Source: Chlamydiia bacterium (GTDB lineage: Bacteria > Chlamydiota > Chlamydiia > Chlamydiales > Parachlamydiaceae). From it: a DNA stretch of 15,613 nucleotides. Under the pieces are notes generated by a model. The model was not told the origin of the DNA. It made no database searches and saw only the letters and a list, made by a program, of their open reading frames with translations. Both the position numbers and the translations under genes were made by a program. This document shows, piece by piece, positions 9,552 through 15,613 of the stretch. The stretch covers positions 1 through 15,613 of the forward strand of contig JBBSJT010000054.1 of NCBI GenBank assembly GCA_038257035.1, read 5' to 3'. Position 1 is the stretch's first letter, and each line of letters starts with the position of its first letter.

Positions 9552-12500
9552 ATGAACCGTATAATATTCAAATTCTTCTTCTTTTGCTTACTATATTGCC
9601 CTTTAGTTGTTTTTTCCGAAGGGTTACCACTCTCAAATACAGATGGGGGTGCACCATCTATAATAAATGGCTGTGTAAGTGCTATTACTGGTGACTATTT
9701 AGAAAGTTCATGTGACTTAAAAATGCATGGCCCGGAACCTCTTACTTTATGTCGATATTATAATGGAAAAGATTATGAAATGGACGGCTTATATGGTGGC
9801 TGGCACCATAACCATGAAAGCCAAATAAAATATTCTTATCCAAAAGAGTCTGAAGAATTTGCTGCGTACTATACAAATAAAGATGGAAGGCATGCTACTT
9901 ATTCCGGAGGGTATAGACATAATAAATCTACTATTTCCCCTTATCAATCAAATGACAGCAAAGGGTTTACAAATATTAGCTCAGGAATTCTTTCTGCGCG
10001 CACTCATATAAAAAATAGCTATATTAAACGAGATCGAAATTACAACATGGCAGTATTTGCAGAAAATGGGTCAACACTACATTTTGGAAATACTAAGGCC
10101 GATGCTAATGATGAAGTATATACTTCTCAATTACTAAATGAAAAAAAATGTACCGGAAACATTTTAAGTTATGAATACCAGCCACATGGTTTAAAGAGCA
10201 TAAAAGCAACGGATGATTCATTAAAAGTAAAGTTTGCTAAAATAAAATTCAATTTTTTACCAATAAAAGAACTCGACCGACAACTGCAACTTCAAGTAGA
10301 AGCCTCCGATGGCAGAAAAGTGACTTATAAAATAAAAAAATTTCCAAAGCATCGAGAGGATTCTAAATCAAAATACCGCATCGAAGAAGTTATACGTCCA
10401 AACGCACCTTATGAAAAATACAAATACATTGATATCTCCGGGTTAAAAATCCGTAAAAAAAAGATGCCCGAGGCAAGGTTTTTGAGCCTTGAGTATTACG
10501 ACGCTGTAGGCACTTTTAGCCATGGGCGCGTGAAGAAACTATTTGCTCCTGTTGGGTTTGACCCAACCCCTATTAAGACTCACAAGTTTGTTTATGATCG
10601 CAATTGCGGAAAACATGGAGAATTAAAAAAAGGGGTGACCTATGTGTATGATGCCAAAAATCATCTAAAAGCTTACTGGTATGAGGAAGATCTTCGCATT
10701 TCCAAAATCATCAAATATCGTGGAACTGCAAATCATCAACGTTATTCATCCGAGCATTTTTATTGGAGCAATGAAGGTAACGTTCTCTGTCATTTAATGA
10801 AGGATGAGCATCGTCGCATTGTTGCAGCAAAGTCTTTTACTTATGATTCTAAGGGTAATGTCATTAAAGATTCTTTTTTTGGAAATTTAAAAGGGAACGA
10901 AAAATTCGTTAACTTTGATGAAGCTAAAAAGAAACCCATTAAAGATGGGTCTGATCGCTTCACCATGCACTATCGCTATAGTAATGATGAGAGAAACCTT
11001 CTTCTGGAAGAGATTTGGCCTAATGGAAAAAACATTCAATACACCTACAAATCTAACAAAGATTTAGTTAAATCCAAGTTTACACTTGAGCAAGGAATTA
11101 TCCGTATAAGGGAATTTTTTGAATATGACAACTTTGGCTCATGCATCCAATACGTTATAGATGATGGTCGAGAGTATGATCTCAATAATTTAAGTTATGT
11201 AACCCAAAGAAAAATTACACGAACAATTAATAGCCAGCAAGTACCCTTTGGACTACCTGTTCAAGTTGAAGATTTTTATCTGGACATGAATACCGGACGC
11301 GAAGTTCTTTTCAAAAAGGTAGTCAACAGTTACTCAATTGAAGGAAATCTAATACAGCAGCAAGTTTTTGATGCCAATAACATGTTAAGATATACCCAAA
11401 ACATCGATTATGATGCGCATGGCAATGTTATACGTCAAGAAAATCCTTTAGGACAGGTAACAGTTAAATCCTATAATCGAAATGATGAACTTATTTATGA
11501 AAAGGAGTTAGATAAAAGTTTTCATAAAGAGTACGTATATGATTTTTGCGGACGAAAAATAGCTGAAAAGGAATGCCATGATGATGGAACGGTTTTGGTG
11601 GTATCTAACGTTTATAATCACTTGAACCAATTAGTTGCAGTGGTAGATCCTTTTGGTCAAAAAACAGAATATGAATATGATGAATTTGGCCGCCAAATTA
11701 AAATTCAAATACCTAGCCAAATCAATCCCTTAAATCAAACCGTTGCAGCAACCATTTACCAAGAATTTGATGTTTTTGGCAATATGACTTCTAAAACGGA
11801 TGCACTTGGAAACATCACCTTTACCTCTTATAACTGCAGAGGCCAGCCAACTCAAATCATTACACCAAGTGGAGCCGTAGAAACCCGTGAATACCATAGC
11901 GATGGTACCCTAAAGAAGATTTCTAAAAATGGCCTTGTTACTTTATTCACGCACGATTGCTTAGGAAGAATTTTATCCGAGGAATGTTATTCAACTACAG
12001 GTGAACCCCTTACAAGAAAATGTTCCACGTACAACAGTTTTCATAAACTTACTGAGACCGACGCAGAAGGAGTAATAACATATTACTCTTATACAATCTC
12101 AGGGCTTTTAAAATCTGTTAGAAAAGAAAATTGCCTGACAGAATATGAGTATGATGAATTTCAAAGAGTTTATGCGACTAAACAATGGGTGAATGATTCA
12201 TCCTATTTATTAAAAGTCCAAAAATTTGATCTTTTAGGCCGCGTTGTTGAAGAATCAAGTTTTGATGAAAATAACATTCTCTTGGCAAAAGAAGAGTACC
12301 TTTATGATGCTGCAGGCAATAAAATTGAAATCGTTCAAGAAAGACCGTCGGGTCTTTTCCGCACTATCAGTTGCTTTGATTCACAACATCGACCGATTAA
12401 AATTACCGATCCATTAGGAAATTCCACCTTATTGAGTTATGAATATCTTTTTAAAAATGGTCAAAAAATTCTTGTTACACATTCACAAGATGCTTTGGGA

Positions 12501-14888
12501 ATTTTTACAACTTCTGAATTCAATATTTTTGGCAAGGTTGAAACAATCAGCAAAAAAAATAGTTTTGGTAAACTCATTGCTAAGAAAGAAATTGGCTATG
12601 ATGCTAATCAGAACTTGAAGTTCACAATTGAATCAGCCATTTGTGATGAGATAGAAACAAAAAAAGTCATTACGAAATGGGCCTATAATGAGCTAAATTT
12701 ACCCATTTCCATAACCGAAGCAGCGGAAACTGAAGAAGAAAAGGTCACAACATTTATTTATAATGCATTTGGTGAAAAATTAAGAACCATTAAAGCTGAT
12801 GGAACTGTCATTGAACACACTTATGATGCATTTGGTCGATTAAAAACATTTAGCTCTAATGATAATAGCTTTTGCTACACCTATGAATACGATTTAAATG
12901 GTAATTTGATTAAATCTTATGATTCCATCAATAATGAAACAACTCATCGTGAATATGACGCTTGCAATAACATGGTCAAGGAAATACTTGGAACGGGTTA
13001 TGAAATCAACTATTCCTATGATGGTCTAGCAAGACCCTTGCATGTTATTCTTCCTGATAGCTCATCCATTGAATACCTATATGATGCACTACGCTTACGC
13101 GAAGTAAAACGCTACAAAGAGGGAGTTGAACAGTATTGCCATATTTATAAGGAGTATGATCTTGCAGGCAACCTTTTGGAAGAGGAAAAACCTACCGGAA
13201 CTGTTGCTTATCAATACAATTTAAATTCACAACTTGAAAAAATTAACTCCCCCTTCTTTTCAGAAAATTTAACATATGATGCTGTATCTAACCTAACTTC
13301 ATACGAAATCAATCAACCATCCCAAAACCTCCTTGCAGAATTTACTTATGATGATCTTTACCAATTAAAAACGGAAAAAGGAATCAAAGCGCACCAGTAT
13401 TGTCACGACTCCCTCTTCAACTGCGTTGAGAAAGACAATAAACCTCAAGAAATCAATTCACTAAACCAATTGCTTAAAACTTTTGATAAAACATATACCT
13501 ACGATAAAAATGGCAACAGAACAAGCGATGAGAAGAAAAAATACACCTATGATGCACTTGATCGATTAAACAGCGTCATCTCAAACGATGAAAAAACTCT
13601 TTACACCTACGACAGCTTCAATAGGCGCTTAACCAAAATCCATAATGGCAACGTAACCCATTACCTTTATTTTGGCCAAAATGAAGTAGGCTCATTTGAA
13701 AATGGCATTTTAAAAGAATTTAGAACTTTGGGAACAGGAAAAGGGGCAGAAATTGGCGCCACCATTGCCATCGAAAAAGAAAACCAAACCTTTATCCCTT
13801 TCCACGATCATAACGGTAACATTTCCTGCCTTCAAAACCTCGATGGCCAAATCATCGAAAGTTACCGCTACTCAGCTTTTGGGGAAGAATTCATCTTTGA
13901 TGCAAATAATCAACCGACTTCCAATTCCCTCAACCCTTGGCGCTTTGCAAGTAAACGCGTCGATTCAGAAACTGGACTCATCAATTTTGGACGACGCTAT
14001 TATGATTGCAAAATCGCAAAATGGATGAGCCCCGATCCGCTGGGATTTGAAGCAGGACCAAATCTATACGCCTACGTAAACAACAGTCCCTTAACGCATT
14101 ACGACCTTTACGGCCTAATCGACCTCTCCGACACCATGATTTACCAAGGCCCCGTCTATGAGCGCGACCAGCGCTCCCGCGATGGCCGATCGGATTATTC
14201 TTCTAGCGATAAAGAATCCAATTCGGGTATAGTTAATAAAGATTCATCAGATAAAGCTCGAATTCTACGCTTAAGTGATTACACTAAAGTAAAAAGACCT
14301 GAAGTTTGTATTCTATACTTTAACGGTATTTGCACTACTGAGAGAGGGTGTATTAGGAATATGACCCATCTTTCAGATATGGCAGATGGTGCTGATGTTA
14401 TAGCAATTTTTGATCCTACACGCGGGATAGCTCTAGATTTAAAAGAATGCATTGAAATGCTTTTTTTAAGAAAAGAGACCTCAGCCGTTAGACTTGCGCG
14501 GGAATTTTTGAATAATTATTTTGAAAATAACCCCGATGCGCATTTGCTAGCAATTTGCCATAGTAAAGGTTGTATAACGGTAGATCTAGCACTTGAAGGA
14601 TGTAAATGGGCCGATCGGATTCATTTAGTAAAAATTGCCCCCGCATCCTATACACTAAAAGAAAATTGTGGCTCTGTAGTTCATTATAGAAGTGTCAACG
14701 ATATTGTCCCTTTATTTGACCAAAAAGGCAAAATTGCCTGCAAAGACACGACACATGTTCTAAAACCACAAAAAGGCGCCTACGGCATGGATCATAACCT
14801 TGATAGTCCAACTTTTTGGAGGCCTTTACAGGAAAATACAGCTAACTTTTTTGAAAAATACGGAGATTCTAAAAAAAATGATATCTAA
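9552..14888 (+). CDS. rhs: RHS/YD-repeat polymorphic toxin with N-terminal signal peptide and C-terminal alpha/beta-hydrolase-like domain
   Basis: 1778 aa. Signal-like MNRIIFKFFFFCLLYCPLVVFS, pre-RHS domain (VSAITGDY...PLTLCRYYN...GGWHHN), many YD repeats (YEYDEFGR, YTYDALDRL), and RHS core end WRFASKRVDSETGLINFGRRYYD...WMSPDPLG...NLYAYVNNSPLTHYDLYGL, followed by a 256-aa tip. Confidence 0.95.
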   Translation: MNRIIFKFFFFCLLYCPLVVFSEGLPLSNTDGGAPSIINGCVSAITGDYLESSCDLKMHGPEPLTLCRYYNGKDYEMDGLYGGWHHNHESQIKYSYPKESEEFAAYYTNKDGRHATYSGGYRHNKSTISPYQSNDSKGFTNISSGILSARTHIKNSYIKRDRNYNMAVFAENGSTLHFGNTKADANDEVYTSQLLNEKKCTGNILSYEYQPHGLKSIKATDDSLKVKFAKIKFNFLPIKELDRQLQLQVEASDGRKVTYKIKKFPKHREDSKSKYRIEEVIRPNAPYEKYKYIDISGLKIRKKKMPEARFLSLEYYDAVGTFSHGRVKKLFAPVGFDPTPIKTHKFVYDRNCGKHGELKKGVTYVYDAKNHLKAYWYEEDLRISKIIKYRGTANHQRYSSEHFYWSNEGNVLCHLMKDEHRRIVAAKSFTYDSKGNVIKDSFFGNLKGNEKFVNFDEAKKKPIKDGSDRFTMHYRYSNDERNLLLEEIWPNGKNIQYTYKSNKDLVKSKFTLEQGIIRIREFFEYDNFGSCIQYVIDDGREYDLNNLSYVTQRKITRTINSQQVPFGLPVQVEDFYLDMNTGREVLFKKVVNSYSIEGNLIQQQVFDANNMLRYTQNIDYDAHGNVIRQENPLGQVTVKSYNRNDELIYEKELDKSFHKEYVYDFCGRKIAEKECHDDGTVLVVSNVYNHLNQLVAVVDPFGQKTEYEYDEFGRQIKIQIPSQINPLNQTVAATIYQEFDVFGNMTSKTDALGNITFTSYNCRGQPTQIITPSGAVETREYHSDGTLKKISKNGLVTLFTHDCLGRILSEECYSTTGEPLTRKCSTYNSFHKLTETDAEGVITYYSYTISGLLKSVRKENCLTEYEYDEFQRVYATKQWVNDSSYLLKVQKFDLLGRVVEESSFDENNILLAKEEYLYDAAGNKIEIVQERPSGLFRTISCFDSQHRPIKITDPLGNSTLLSYEYLFKNGQKILVTHSQDALGIFTTSEFNIFGKVETISKKNSFGKLIAKKEIGYDANQNLKFTIESAICDEIETKKVITKWAYNELNLPISITEAAETEEEKVTTFIYNAFGEKLRTIKADGTVIEHTYDAFGRLKTFSSNDNSFCYTYEYDLNGNLIKSYDSINNETTHREYDACNNMVKEILGTGYEINYSYDGLARPLHVILPDSSSIEYLYDALRLREVKRYKEGVEQYCHIYKEYDLAGNLLEEEKPTGTVAYQYNLNSQLEKINSPFFSENLTYDAVSNLTSYEINQPSQNLLAEFTYDDLYQLKTEKGIKAHQYCHDSLFNCVEKDNKPQEINSLNQLLKTFDKTYTYDKNGNRTSDEKKKYTYDALDRLNSVISNDEKTLYTYDSFNRRLTKIHNGNVTHYLYFGQNEVGSFENGILKEFRTLGTGKGAEIGATIAIEKENQTFIPFHDHNGNISCLQNLDGQIIESYRYSAFGEEFIFDANNQPTSNSLNPWRFASKRVDSETGLINFGRRYYDCKIAKWMSPDPLGFEAGPNLYAYVNNSPLTHYDLYGLIDLSDTMIYQGPVYERDQRSRDGRSDYSSSDKESNSGIVNKDSSDKARILRLSDYTKVKRPEVCILYFNGICTTERGCIRNMTHLSDMADGADVIAIFDPTRGIALDLKECIEMLFLRKETSAVRLAREFLNNYFENNPDAHLLAICHSKGCITVDLALEGCKWADRIHLVKIAPASYTLKENCGSVVHYRSVNDIVPLFDQKGKIACKDTTHVLKPQKGAYGMDHNLDSPTFWRPLQENTANFFEKYGDSKKNDI
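14118..14888 (+). other. Predicted RHS C-terminal toxin domain (Ser-Asp-His hydrolase/lipase-like)
   Basis: Follows DLYGL (14103-14117). Contains ILYFNGI, the nucleophile elbow AICHSKG (S1671), HYRSVNDIVP (D1717) and MDH (H1748). Confidence 0.65.
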
Positions 14889-15423
14889 ATTAATGACATT
14901 TTTTTGTCTATTATCACCATTTGGAGCAACAATGCAATCAAATGAGCCTACACCTTATGTTAAAATCGCCGACAATATTATAAAAACAACTTCAGATCGT
15001 TTGTCGAAGAAATATCAAATGCACCAGATAGGTGTTAAAAGTGGCATGATGGGTTGTGTAAATTTAATGGGACTTCACTTCCAAGTAAACCGTAAATTGA
15101 ACAAGAATGAAGCAAGGCGCATGATTGTAGAAAGTGTTCAAAGCTTTCTAAAAGATATAAACCAAAATGAGGCTATTAGTAAACATTTACAAGTAACCCC
15201 TTTTGATCCTGAACATGTTGAAATCATATTTTTTCTAAGTTCACCGGATGGAAATGATTTTTATCATCCAGATTTGTCTGTAATAACAGCTTGTGACGGA
15301 AAAATTAAATATTCTACTTATGATCCTGAAAATAAATATAAATATAAATCTCGTGAGATTGAAACCTTCGAAGACGCCGTTAAAATCTTACAAAATCAAG
15401 CATCATCCAATCCAACGCCATAA
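14878..15423 (+). CDS. Hypothetical exported protein, probable cognate immunity protein of the RHS toxin
   Basis: 181 aa from ATG 14878, overlapping the rhs 3' end by 11 nt, with GGAG at 14862-14865. The N-terminus MISKLMTFFCLLSPFGA is signal-like. The position directly after an RHS tip is typical of immunity genes. Confidence 0.7.
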   Translation: MISKLMTFFCLLSPFGATMQSNEPTPYVKIADNIIKTTSDRLSKKYQMHQIGVKSGMMGCVNLMGLHFQVNRKLNKNEARRMIVESVQSFLKDINQNEAISKHLQVTPFDPEHVEIIFFLSSPDGNDFYHPDLSVITACDGKIKYSTYDPENKYKYKSREIETFEDAVKILQNQASSNPTP

Positions 15424-15500
15424 AATTTGCTAAATTTGGAGTGCGGAGACTCGTCCTTACAGTCGGACACAACTTTTTCTTGACTTTTTTTTGTCATTAT

Positions 15501-15547
15501 TTGACTCATGAATTATTCCTTAATCCTAAGATCATTTTATGAGTCAA
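15501..15547. repeat. Inverted repeat TTGACTCAT ... ATGAGTCAA
   Basis: 9-bp perfect arms at 15501-15509 and 15539-15547, with further imperfect pairing inward. Function unknown. Confidence 0.45.
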
Positions 15548-15563
15548 TTCATATCCATATATC

Positions 15564-15613
15564 ATGTCTACCAATCTCACGATACCCCTCCAAACCGTTT
15601 GGATTCCTGGAGG
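15564..15613 (+). CDS. Possible start of a downstream gene running out of the window
   Basis: ATG 15564 reads MSTNLTIPLQTVWIPG and stays open to the window edge, with higher GC than the preceding intergenic DNA. Too short to identify. Confidence 0.25.
   Translation, partial: MSTNLTIPLQTVWIPG

Noticed and set aside
9552..9620. RHS signal peptide as a substrate of the neighbouring TatAC
   Set aside because: It has a single Arg (MNRIIFK) and no S/T-R-R-x-F-L-K motif, and the protein is very large. Sec is more parsimonious, although the atypical TatC leaves slight doubt.
13753..14028. 91-aa alternate-frame ORF inside rhs
   Set aside because: It overlaps the most conserved RHS core and is explained by the local C-rich, stop-poor composition.
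14800..14877. Longer start for the immunity gene
   Set aside because: It would overlap rhs by 89 nt and bury the signal-like peptide. ATG 14878 fits better.

Overview
AT-rich bacterial window, very probably from an environmental member of the Chlamydiota. The assignment rests on the chlamydial thrS - parA (CT582-like) - CT583/pGP6-D-like gene order. In order, the window holds: the 3' end of thrS; the ParA and pGP6-like pair; a minimal tatA-tatC pair; a ~190 bp inverted-repeat element built from nested REP-like hairpins; a minus-strand czcCBA-type heavy-metal RND efflux operon; a divergently oriented 1778-aa signal-peptide-bearing RHS/YD protein whose C-terminus looks like a Ser-Asp-His hydrolase (lipase-like toxin); and an overlapping, probably exported immunity-like gene. 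The most unusual items are the RHS hydrolase toxin/immunity pair in a lineage without a known T6SS, a CzcB adaptor that lacks the alpha-helical hairpin, a TatC with a ~55-aa loop insertion that seems to lack the signal-binding Glu, the REPIN-like element with compensatory base changes, and tandem hairpins between parA and the pGP6-like gene. All family assignments come from motif recognition by eye; no searches were run.
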